Of a stretch of DNA of 64,000 bases, positions 53,146-62,003 are shown piece after piece. Positions within the stretch are counted from its first letter, which is position 1. Each line of letters starts with the position of its first letter. Below the pieces are notes generated by a model, which worked only from the letters and a program-made list of their open reading frames with translations, ran no database searches and was not told where the DNA came from. The stretch is from positions 230,035 to 294,034 of the IMG/VR virus record IMGVR_UViG_3300044568_003163; one strand, written 5' to 3'. Position numbers and translations under genes: made by a program.

Positions 53146-53445
53146 TTAGTTTTTAAATTCTTTTAAAAGTGAATCTGCTAAATATCTAGCGTTTATTCTA
53201 AAAATTAATCCAGCTGCTACGTGATTTTTTTCCCATTCCATGCAATCTCTAAAAAAATCCATGTTATTAAAGTACTTTTCAATAAAAGATGCCATTTCTT
53301 CTTTAGGATAATTATCAACAGTTTTTCCATCTGGGATGAATTGAATATAAGATCCGGCATGGTCTTGATTACCTATCATAGTAAAGGTAAATCCACTAGA
53401 AGAAAATCTATTAGCTTCTAGTATAAGTTCGTTAAATGTTTTCAT
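53146..53445 (-). CDS. Putative internal head protein (CTS-like)
   Basis: Starts MKTFNELILE; upstream reads GATACATATACTATATG. Confidence 0.65.
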   Translation of the reverse strand: MKTFNELILEANRFSSSGFTFTMIGNQDHAGSYIQFIPDGKTVDNYPKEEMASFIEKYFNNMDFFRDCMEWEKNHVAAGLIFRINARYLADSLLKEFKN

Positions 53446-53460
53446 ATAGTATATGTATCT

Positions 53461-54027
53461 TTATTGTAATTGGAAGTCTATTCTCATATCGTTGAAAGCA
53501 AACGTAGCTTCAAAAGTTCTAAATTCTGGAGTTACTTCAGAATACGACATTGTAAATTCGTTCAATCCGGTAAATAAACAATCCGTAAATATTGAAGAGT
53601 ACATTGCATTACCTTCCGCATCAAATATTCTAATAGGAACATCAACAGTATATGGTTTTGAAGTAGAGAACGAATAGTAATAAAAGAAAGTTTCTAACAT
53701 AATCCAATAATTGACATTTCCGTCAAATAATTGAAAAGTGATGGTAAAATTACGATCGATTAAAGTCTCTTGTGATAATGCCTGTCTAAATTTACGAGTA
53801 GTACCTTTTGCTGCATCTTGATATCCGGGTTTAACTTGCTCGATAGGAGAATAATTAAAATTAGGTATCGTAATTGATTGTATCGAGTAATTTACTAAGT
53901 CGGAAACATTCCTAACCGGAGTTGGCATTCGATGTATATATGGCAAATACCTTTGCTTAATTTCTTCCGGTATAAAAGTCTTTGGTAGTTCGACTTTAAA
54001 TAAGTCGTTTCTATTTTGTAAAATCAT
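53461..54027 (-). CDS. Tail tube-fold protein (gp3 tail-tube terminator-like)
   Basis: YSIQSITIP, ITFQL..NYWIM and FTDC...L..F...Y...F.ATF pattern of the gp3/gp19 fold. Confidence 0.55.
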   Translation of the reverse strand: MILQNRNDLFKVELPKTFIPEEIKQRYLPYIHRMPTPVRNVSDLVNYSIQSITIPNFNYSPIEQVKPGYQDAAKGTTRKFRQALSQETLIDRNFTITFQLFDGNVNYWIMLETFFYYYSFSTSKPYTVDVPIRIFDAEGNAMYSSIFTDCLFTGLNEFTMSYSEVTPEFRTFEATFAFNDMRIDFQLQ

Positions 54028-54033
54028 ATGTTA

Positions 54034-57000
54034 TTAAAATCTATCGTTATTATCATCTCCGAGTAAATCTCCAGGTACATCATCGAAATTTAGTGATAGA
54101 GCTACTTTGTTGTGTACTAAAATACCATTTGCATAGTATGTGTGATTGTCTTCTATTTCTAAGTTGTATACTTTAGTAGGTTTCTTAGAGACTATTTCCG
54201 TAATTCCTTCAATTGTTATATGTTCATCGAATTCATTTAACGCGATATCGCCTTCGATTAATTGAGCCACTTCTAAATCATGTAATTCCATAGATGAAGT
54301 AGGGTCGAATGAACACCAACCTTTATCAATAATCCAGAATGGATGCTCAGGTGTACATTGTATTGAAGTTCCATCAGCAAAATCTAATAAGATAAATTTA
54401 GAAGCAGATGGTTGTATAAGAGATTTTACAATTCCTATTTCAGTTTCTTCGTAATCTTCGTTATATGTTAAAATTTCCATTCCAACTTTAACTTCTTCGA
54501 TTAACATTTTAATTCCATCCGGTAAAGTAATGTAAGTTCCTTCAACGAAACATCCACCTCCACCTCCACCTGAACCACTAGCCTGTCCAGTATTTTGCAC
54601 TGGAGCGGTAGGAATTGGAGCTGGATTAATTGGCGCTGGTTGAGGATTAACTACTGGTCTAACTGGCGGAGCCGTTACGTTAGGTGCATTTTGAGAGACA
54701 CCACCTCCACCACCTTGTTGTGTATATGTTGTTGCCGGAGTAACATTTATATTAGCAAGATTTGCATTTAATTCTAATTCAACAAAAGAAGGAGTTGGTA
54801 CAGGAGTAGGAGCTTGTACTACTACCGGTTCACTACTAACAGGAGCAACATAAGTAGTAGCTGCTTGACTAGTAACCGGAGTTGGTAATGGAGCTGGTGC
54901 TGATATCGTTATTTGTTGAGTGTTAATTATTTGACTTTGTGTTGCTAATTGACTTTGTAATGTAGATAATAAACCTTGTTCCATTAACATTTTAGATTGA
55001 CATAAAGATAAAGCTGCATTCAATTCCTTTACTTGATTGTTTAAAGACGATATCGTTGATTGAGATGAATCTAATTGTTGGTTTAAATTTGATATTTGTT
55101 GATTTAAAATCGATATGGTTGCTAATTCTGCTGCATTAGTTGATGTTAATTTAGTTATTTGAGCTGCATCTGATGCATCATTAGCCGAAAGCTGAGCATT
55201 AAGCTTTGAATAATCATTTATTTGCTGAGTTAATAGTTGATTTTGTTCTAATGATTTAGTTAAATTATCTGCTTGAATTTTTATTTGATTGTTCAAACTA
55301 GTATTTTGCGAAACGAATAGATTGATAGATGATTCTAACGAAGCAATTTTATTAGCTTCATTCATATTCAACCACTCATCATTATTATAGAATCTACCGT
55401 TATATAAAAAGGTCTTATCTCCTTTGATATTCAATAAGAATATTCTAAATTGACGATTAGAAAATCCAAGTATAGTATTTGCTTGTGTTTCTGTTAATCT
55501 AAATACAATTTCACCTTTACTTTTCGAAGTAAACGTGCTAGGATATTCTTTTATTTCGACATTCTCACCGGTATTAGACGTAAAAGTAAGTATCAATTCA
55601 CCTATACCGGATAGATTAAGAGCCGTATTTTGTCCTTTTCGTGAGTCTTTTTGAAATATTACAAACTTTAAGAAAGTTACTGAATTTGTAATTAAAATTC
55701 TAGCTAATCCATTACTATAAATAGTAGAATTGTTATTACTAACTAATGCTTGTCGAGAAACCTTAATTAAATTACTTCTTTCTGAGAGTGTATCAACATC
55801 CGGATTTATTGAACTATAAGATACAGAAATTTGAGTATTATCTAAAAACGATGTGATGTACTTAAAGTTATCTAAAACTGGCTCAACAATTCTATTAAGT
55901 TGAATGTCTTTAATAACGTTCTTATTGTAAATTACAGATTGAATTGGATTTTCTCCTAGATTAAGTTGTAGTAATTTTCTGCCGTACTTAGCAACTGAAT
56001 ATGATGTTAACGAAGAAGCTTTCCATACTTGAGAATTATCGTTACGGTTATACATACGAACTACGTAATCAATTTTAAAGGCTATTGCCGATGAATTCTT
56101 AATTATCGGTCTAAAAGTATTAACTAAATCATAATTAGTTGTCTGTGACATTTGGATATCATCGGTTTTAACCCAATAATACGATTGACTAGATGAATCA
56201 TATATGTATTCAGATATTACTAAATCATGAAGTAGCATATAATTATATCCATTAGAATTTAAGTCATTAATGAATTGCTCGATAATAGCTCCATTGTATG
56301 TACCATAAAACTCGATATAATCTCCGTTACTTGATTCCTGAATAGTAGCTGCAACCGTACTAAATTGGTCTTGTGTTGCTAAATCAAATTGAGTAGTTTC
56401 TTGTAGATAAATGTAATCTTGTCCGTCAATTTCTCTTCGTTCATTAATCCAAGCAAAAGTTGCTTGAATAGTTTGGTCACGCTTTATTCCTATGATAGTT
56501 CCATTATTAGGCTCTTGAGTAATTCTCTCTACCACAGTGTCGCCGGTTAGATTGCCTATCCAGTAATCAATAATAAGGTTATGTAATGAAAGTACTCTAA
56601 ATTCTAAATAAGAATCATAAATACGTCCTCCGAAAAAGAATGAATTTGGATTTAATGTTTCGTATGTATCGTTTCGATTAAATACGAAATTTGCAAGATT
56701 AAAAAGTTTTCCGTTTTTCTTTGCAGCTTTAAGATTAAATATAAGTCCTTGATATTGCTCATAATTAAATCCTTGAACTAAGTGAAGTCTAACTGTATCA
56801 TATACAGGAGCTTGTGGTGTAGTAAATACAATAGGTAAATTCGCAGTAGATGTTAAATTATCATCGTAGTCGTTGTAAAAAATAGCTTTATCAATATCTA
56901 ATAAAGCTGATCTGTACGGATCAACATACGCATAAGATCGGTTTCTGACGTTACCAGTACCTAAAGGCAATCCGAGCTGTATTAATTCATTTGCGTCTGA

Positions 57001-57171
57001 ATTAAGTATTATATCTTGTCCATCATGAGCATTTCTCATCTTCCAAATAGGATTGGTAGTTGTGCTTAGACGATAAGGATTTCCTAACGTGTTAATTTCT
57101 GATTGGTCAGCATAAATGTACTCTAAAAGGACAGATGATGATATACCGATAAATTTTGAAGATGTTGCCAT
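54034..57171 (-). CDS. Large putative structural protein with coiled coil, P/T/Q linker and C-terminal Hint domain
   Basis: 1045 aa; GGGGGG-CFVEGT...TPEHPF...VYNLEI...ILVHN-K. Confidence 0.8.
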   Translation of the reverse strand: MATSSKFIGISSSVLLEYIYADQSEINTLGNPYRLSTTTNPIWKMRNAHDGQDIILNSDANELIQLGLPLGTGNVRNRSYAYVDPYRSALLDIDKAIFYNDYDDNLTSTANLPIVFTTPQAPVYDTVRLHLVQGFNYEQYQGLIFNLKAAKKNGKLFNLANFVFNRNDTYETLNPNSFFFGGRIYDSYLEFRVLSLHNLIIDYWIGNLTGDTVVERITQEPNNGTIIGIKRDQTIQATFAWINERREIDGQDYIYLQETTQFDLATQDQFSTVAATIQESSNGDYIEFYGTYNGAIIEQFINDLNSNGYNYMLLHDLVISEYIYDSSSQSYYWVKTDDIQMSQTTNYDLVNTFRPIIKNSSAIAFKIDYVVRMYNRNDNSQVWKASSLTSYSVAKYGRKLLQLNLGENPIQSVIYNKNVIKDIQLNRIVEPVLDNFKYITSFLDNTQISVSYSSINPDVDTLSERSNLIKVSRQALVSNNNSTIYSNGLARILITNSVTFLKFVIFQKDSRKGQNTALNLSGIGELILTFTSNTGENVEIKEYPSTFTSKSKGEIVFRLTETQANTILGFSNRQFRIFLLNIKGDKTFLYNGRFYNNDEWLNMNEANKIASLESSINLFVSQNTSLNNQIKIQADNLTKSLEQNQLLTQQINDYSKLNAQLSANDASDAAQITKLTSTNAAELATISILNQQISNLNQQLDSSQSTISSLNNQVKELNAALSLCQSKMLMEQGLLSTLQSQLATQSQIINTQQITISAPAPLPTPVTSQAATTYVAPVSSEPVVVQAPTPVPTPSFVELELNANLANINVTPATTYTQQGGGGGVSQNAPNVTAPPVRPVVNPQPAPINPAPIPTAPVQNTGQASGSGGGGGGCFVEGTYITLPDGIKMLIEEVKVGMEILTYNEDYEETEIGIVKSLIQPSASKFILLDFADGTSIQCTPEHPFWIIDKGWCSFDPTSSMELHDLEVAQLIEGDIALNEFDEHITIEGITEIVSKKPTKVYNLEIEDNHTYYANGILVHNKVALSLNFDDVPGDLLGDDNNDRF
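54109..54552 (-). other. Hint (intein/Hedgehog-like) autoprocessing domain, 148 aa
   Basis: Block A Cys1, block B TxxH, block F VYNL and terminal His-Asn; +1 residue is Lys; no endonuclease insert. Confidence 0.9.
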
Positions 57172-57957
57172 TTAAAATATTTTGAATATGCTCTTTATGA
57201 TTTTACTAACGTTGAGGGTAGCTCCAACGCCAATAGTTATTTGAGGTCCTTGTGTTTGATTGATTGGATTAATACCCCAACCAGCATTGATGGTAGGACC
57301 CCATATGATTGTAGGTTCTGACTTTTTAAGGAATCGATCTTTGTCTAAGATAGCTCCATCTATTTTATCAAATTTTACTCCAGGATAATCAGTAGTTACG
57401 TATATTTGATATGATTTATCTAACTCAGTTAATCCAGTAGTTAGTTTAATTTTCATTTCATCTTTAGTTATCGTAGTTCCTTTATCGTTGATTGTAAATG
57501 TATTATTTATAGTATCTATCGTGAACTTGGAATTACCTTCTAAAGTTTTTGAATTATCTTTGTCAAAATCTTTATGATATGCCCAATTTAGTTCTTTAGT
57601 TCCGTCAGGATATTCTTTAATTGTATTGCTTACAACTATAGGCTCTTGACTTTTTATCGATGCAACAGTAGAAGCAATATAAAGTACATTGCCTTCTAAT
57701 TTTTTTAGGTCTTTCGCTAATCCGGCATTGAGGTCTTTTAGATTACGTCGATCGGCGATAAGTACATTTTTTAAACTTACTTCATTGCCATATTTAGTTT
57801 TAATCGTTCTTACTGAATCGGTTAAAGCTAATTGGTTTTGACGATCTACTATTGCTTGCTGTTTTAGATTTGCATTATCAGAACATTGCTTAGCCATAAG
57901 CAATGCAAAAATAATTAATGCTCCTATTAAAATTTGATTTAAGCTAGGTAATTTCAT
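57172..57957 (-). CDS. Membrane-anchored coiled-coil protein (possible spanin-like lysis accessory)
   Basis: N-terminal TM helix ending KQC, coiled coil, beta-rich C-terminus. Confidence 0.45.
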   Translation of the reverse strand: MKLPSLNQILIGALIIFALLMAKQCSDNANLKQQAIVDRQNQLALTDSVRTIKTKYGNEVSLKNVLIADRRNLKDLNAGLAKDLKKLEGNVLYIASTVASIKSQEPIVVSNTIKEYPDGTKELNWAYHKDFDKDNSKTLEGNSKFTIDTINNTFTINDKGTTITKDEMKIKLTTGLTELDKSYQIYVTTDYPGVKFDKIDGAILDKDRFLKKSEPTIIWGPTINAGWGINPINQTQGPQITIGVGATLNVSKIIKSIFKIF

Positions 57958-60900
57958 TATATTGAATTTCTTTTTATTATCGCTGAACCTTCGATCGAAT
58001 ACGTTAATTTATTTGCGTAAAGGACGCCAGGAGTAGTAGATAAGCTTATTGCAGTTCCACCAGTAGTTATTACTACATCTTTTAATATAGTAGAAGTATT
58101 TGCAGTCATAACATCGGTAGATATAACTTTACATCTAGCTTCTAAAGAATTATCAGTTCCACCAACTGCGTTCATAGTTATAGTAACCACAAAATTATTT
58201 GCATATGATATAAATCCACTTTCAGTTTGGGTGATTGTTTTTACTAGAGAACCTGCAGAAAGTATTTGCATTGTTCCTTCTCCAGTAGGATTGTAAAATG
58301 AATATGCGATTCTTTGACTAGAATTTTCTAAGTTAGTACCCATAGTGAAATCTGGAGTTAAATTCTGACCGTCATTATCATCGCTATATATATCTCCTAA
58401 TTCGCCAGAACCTGAATATGCTCTAAGTTTTCGAGAAACTAAATTTTCTCTAGCAATTTCGTACCAACAACCTCTACCGTAATCGTTTGCTCCAGAACCG
58501 TCATCTCCGTGCCATTGGAGGGTTATTGACCTCCAAGGAGTAATTTTAAATGCACCAATTCCTTGCATATCACCAGCTTCAGCTTGACTATTTTGTACGA
58601 AACTACTAGCTATAACTCCATGTGCACCATTACTATTAGTAATATCCGGATCATAGCCTCCATATGAAATAGAAGTCCACGATTGGTTTTGTATAATATT
58701 GTATTGATTGATTGCATTATTTATTGCCGCATCTATTGCGGGAGTTGTCGTTGACAATGTTGCTGGAGTGATTCCGAGAGGTGCTTGTTTAGCATTACCT
58801 GGCATAGGCCAAGGTCTTTGGTTTGTGAATCCATTTTCTGTTCCATTTACTCCAGCTCCTGGTAAAGGCCATGATACACCACCGCCAGCTGCTAATCCAT
58901 TAAATTTCTCGGCAGCCATAGCAATATTATCTTTACTAATTATACTACTTTGAACTTGTGGTGACGGTGTTGTATTATATGCAGTATATCTTTTAATAGC
59001 GTTAGGTACTAAAACTGAATAATTTCTAGGATCTACGTCAAGAATCATAATTCTAAGTATTTGGCCTTCGTAATATCCATCTTCGATCGTAAATTGTTGA
59101 GAATTCGTAAGTGGATTTATTGGTACAGATCCACCAGGAACTTGTCCACTTAAAAAAGTAGGAGTCGAAGATAATTGTAGACCGGTAATGAAACTAGATG
59201 AGAATATTGGGCAATTAGTTTTAGGCTTCGTTAAGTCTAAAAATACAGTAGAACTTGTAGCAGGTATTTCGTGATATACTATTCGATGATAAGCATTAGC
59301 AACATTGGTAGATTGACCATTATAAGTTGCGATGATATTTACTGCATACCAAGGAAGTGTATTAATATCATAATATTTTGGTAATAAGGCAAAAGTATTA
59401 TTAATAGTAAATCCTCCTACATTAGATCTACCTCCTGGTAAATTTTTACTAGGACCATCTCCCATAGAACTCCATTTAGCAACAACTATAGGGCTTACAG
59501 TATTACTTATAGTAGTTGCACCAATAGGAACGGATCTATCTGCAAATAATGCACCTACTGAGGTTTCTCCAGGCATTCTACCCATACCAGTCTTGGCATC
59601 TGGTAATGCAAAATCCGGATACATTGAACTTGCCATTCCTTTAGCTAAAAATTGTTTAGCCATTATAGTTTTTTCTGTAACAAATCCTATTTGCAATCTA
59701 TAACTATAATCATCTGGGGTGTACGAAAAATTCCTAAAAGTAGAGTTAATTGATGGTCCATCCCAACGAATTGTATCTAAACCTTGAGTTTTGGTTTCGC
59801 CTTGAACGATAAGTCCACCAATTAACATTCCATTAATTGGAACGTTATTAAAAAATTTATGATATCCGGAATTAGTAGATCCTATAGTAATCGATCCATT
59901 AATTGCAAGTTTAGATTTAGCATACGAAATTTGATTTATATTGATCGATCCTAATACATTATAAGCGGTTGAACCTGGAACAAATCCAATACCAACATTA
60001 CCGGTCGTATCTTCTTTTCCTGGCTGAATGTATATATGAGGATTTTCATATCCTTGAACTTGAGCATACGATAGCGTTATATTAAAATCCGGTAATGCTT
60101 TCCCACCACCATCATCTAACCCTCCACTCACTGATCCGTAGAAAGAAGTAGTAGCCGAAGAATCTCTTCTAACGTAAGTTTTTAATACTGGATTAGTTAA
60201 TGAAATAGGTGCAGGATTATATACTGGAATCTGGATTCCTCCTTTCCCACCACCAGGCGTAGTATAAGTTGTAAATTGTTGATCGTCTTTCCATGTAGTA
60301 TTACCAAATGCAATACCTCCATTACGTGAAGATGCAGTTTCTCGAGAATCAAAACCGGCATACCAATTAGTAATATAATCACCTGGTTTAGCAGAATCTC
60401 CGTCCCACATAAATTTTCGAGTAGCAACATCAGGAATCGCTGATATATGTATAGGAAATTGAGGTTTATTTATTGTACGAGTATTATTAGATAGACCTAA
60501 TCTACCACCATTATATGCAGTAACTCCAGTAGTAGAAACAGTTGAGTTATTAATATCGTAGCTACCAGCATTAATCATTAATGAATCTAGCACTACTCCA
60601 ACATTTCCACTAACATTAACTGAGTTTTCTGTAGTTCTAACCGGAGTAATAGATCCAGCTAAAGTAAGAAACTTAGCATTTTTTAAATTTTGATTACCTA
60701 TTTGTACAGAATCTTGAAAGAATTTAATAGCTGAATCAACTGTATTAAATCTTGTTATTTTTCTAACAATACCTAAACCTTGAAAATTATTTGTTGCTAT
60801 AGGTATTCCTTGAGAAGCGTTATAAGTAGGTCCTATAATAACTGAACCTGAACGATGTTCTGGATATCCATCAGTATAACTAGTTCCTGCTCCTTGTTGA

Positions 60901-61991
60901 TTTTGTAATGCTATATATCCATATGTATTAGCAGCTCCAGAGCTACCTGGTAATGTTTCTATCGATGGAATAGAATTTATTATAATTTCTTTTAAATTAT
61001 CAGACGAGCCTTCAGTTCCGTTATTAAAGGAAAAATCTCTTTCAATATTAACAAATTTCGTTCTATCATAATTACTAATCTTAACGTCAGCTGCCATAAT
61101 TTCAATCGTAGCAGGTTTAACTATATAAGGAGCAGTTCCAGATGTAGCACCACCAGCTTGAATTTTTATATTTGATTGATACGAATGAACTTTCCATTTA
61201 GTTGTAAAAGTTCCACCTGACTGATCCTGTTCAGTAGCAAACGCTGCATGAACAAAATTATACGCACTATTTGTTCCTCCAGCCGAAGTACTCCCAGAAT
61301 TACCGTAAATATCAGAAGAAGTTCCGCCTTCAGGTAAAGGTCCACCAAAAGAAACCCCGTTTTGACCGTTTGGATTAACATTATTTTGAATTATTGTAAA
61401 TTTCGGTACACTTGCAGTATCTCGTGTACCAGAAATATTAGTACCAAAATTCTTAAGATTAAAATAAGCCCAATTAGCATCTCCTAAGAAAATCGAATTT
61501 TTGAAGGTTTCGTTAGGAATTAAGAAATCTATTTCATTATTTGTAAAACCTACATTAGGAGTAGGTGAATATCCTTGACCATCTATTGGATTACCACCAG
61601 TAGCTGGTAAATAATATTTCCATTCGAGTGAACCACCAGCAGTTCCTGGTATACCTTGAGGACCTGTAAGATTTATACCTGAAGCAGTCCATCCAGTTGC
61701 TCCTCCTATGTTATAAAACTCATATACATTACCGCTACTATCAAGAAAATGGTCTTGTATTCTTAACGAAGTGCCATCATGGTCAGCAGTTTGGCCGAAT
61801 GCGGAAGGACCAACAAACCAATGGTCTCCTCTAAATCCTTGAGGACCTACTGGTCCAATTTCACCTTGAATTCCTTGAATTCCAGGAGGTCCACCACCAG
61901 CTAATATTAGCTGATCGAAGTTAAAATTTACTTTTTCTATTACACCAGACATTGAGTCTGATGATATAATTTCTTTAATTGTAATTGGCAT
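57957..61991 (-). CDS. Tail fibre / baseplate-associated protein
   Basis: 1344 aa; N-terminal DSMSGVIEKVNFNFDQL fibre-type anchor, collagen-like GIQGIQGEIGPVGPQG run, G/T/N-rich body. Confidence 0.7.
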   Translation of the reverse strand: MPITIKEIISSDSMSGVIEKVNFNFDQLILAGGGPPGIQGIQGEIGPVGPQGFRGDHWFVGPSAFGQTADHDGTSLRIQDHFLDSSGNVYEFYNIGGATGWTASGINLTGPQGIPGTAGGSLEWKYYLPATGGNPIDGQGYSPTPNVGFTNNEIDFLIPNETFKNSIFLGDANWAYFNLKNFGTNISGTRDTASVPKFTIIQNNVNPNGQNGVSFGGPLPEGGTSSDIYGNSGSTSAGGTNSAYNFVHAAFATEQDQSGGTFTTKWKVHSYQSNIKIQAGGATSGTAPYIVKPATIEIMAADVKISNYDRTKFVNIERDFSFNNGTEGSSDNLKEIIINSIPSIETLPGSSGAANTYGYIALQNQQGAGTSYTDGYPEHRSGSVIIGPTYNASQGIPIATNNFQGLGIVRKITRFNTVDSAIKFFQDSVQIGNQNLKNAKFLTLAGSITPVRTTENSVNVSGNVGVVLDSLMINAGSYDINNSTVSTTGVTAYNGGRLGLSNNTRTINKPQFPIHISAIPDVATRKFMWDGDSAKPGDYITNWYAGFDSRETASSRNGGIAFGNTTWKDDQQFTTYTTPGGGKGGIQIPVYNPAPISLTNPVLKTYVRRDSSATTSFYGSVSGGLDDGGGKALPDFNITLSYAQVQGYENPHIYIQPGKEDTTGNVGIGFVPGSTAYNVLGSININQISYAKSKLAINGSITIGSTNSGYHKFFNNVPINGMLIGGLIVQGETKTQGLDTIRWDGPSINSTFRNFSYTPDDYSYRLQIGFVTEKTIMAKQFLAKGMASSMYPDFALPDAKTGMGRMPGETSVGALFADRSVPIGATTISNTVSPIVVAKWSSMGDGPSKNLPGGRSNVGGFTINNTFALLPKYYDINTLPWYAVNIIATYNGQSTNVANAYHRIVYHEIPATSSTVFLDLTKPKTNCPIFSSSFITGLQLSSTPTFLSGQVPGGSVPINPLTNSQQFTIEDGYYEGQILRIMILDVDPRNYSVLVPNAIKRYTAYNTTPSPQVQSSIISKDNIAMAAEKFNGLAAGGGVSWPLPGAGVNGTENGFTNQRPWPMPGNAKQAPLGITPATLSTTTPAIDAAINNAINQYNIIQNQSWTSISYGGYDPDITNSNGAHGVIASSFVQNSQAEAGDMQGIGAFKITPWRSITLQWHGDDGSGANDYGRGCWYEIARENLVSRKLRAYSGSGELGDIYSDDNDGQNLTPDFTMGTNLENSSQRIAYSFYNPTGEGTMQILSAGSLVKTITQTESGFISYANNFVVTITMNAVGGTDNSLEARCKVISTDVMTANTSTILKDVVITTGGTAISLSTTPGVLYANKLTYSIEGSAIIKRNSI

Positions 61992-62003
61992 TCGGAGAAT
62001 GTT

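Noticed and set aside
54109-54552. Canonical splicing intein
   Set aside because: The +1 residue is Lys, the C-extein is only 24 aa and the host is not a typical conserved enzyme; treated as a cleavage-type Hint domain.
244-58953. All plus-strand ORFs in the track (e.g. 2668..3057, 10695..11216, 38349..38822, 39832..40308)
   Set aside because: Each lies almost wholly antisense to a well-supported minus-strand gene and has shadow-ORF composition with no recognisable motifs.
4944-61381. Short alternative-frame minus-strand ORFs (4944..5153, 13090..13356, 41246..41464, 46686..46898, 50230..50421, 60197..60430, 61166..61381)
   Set aside because: Nested inside longer genes with clear homology or better composition; no independent start signals.
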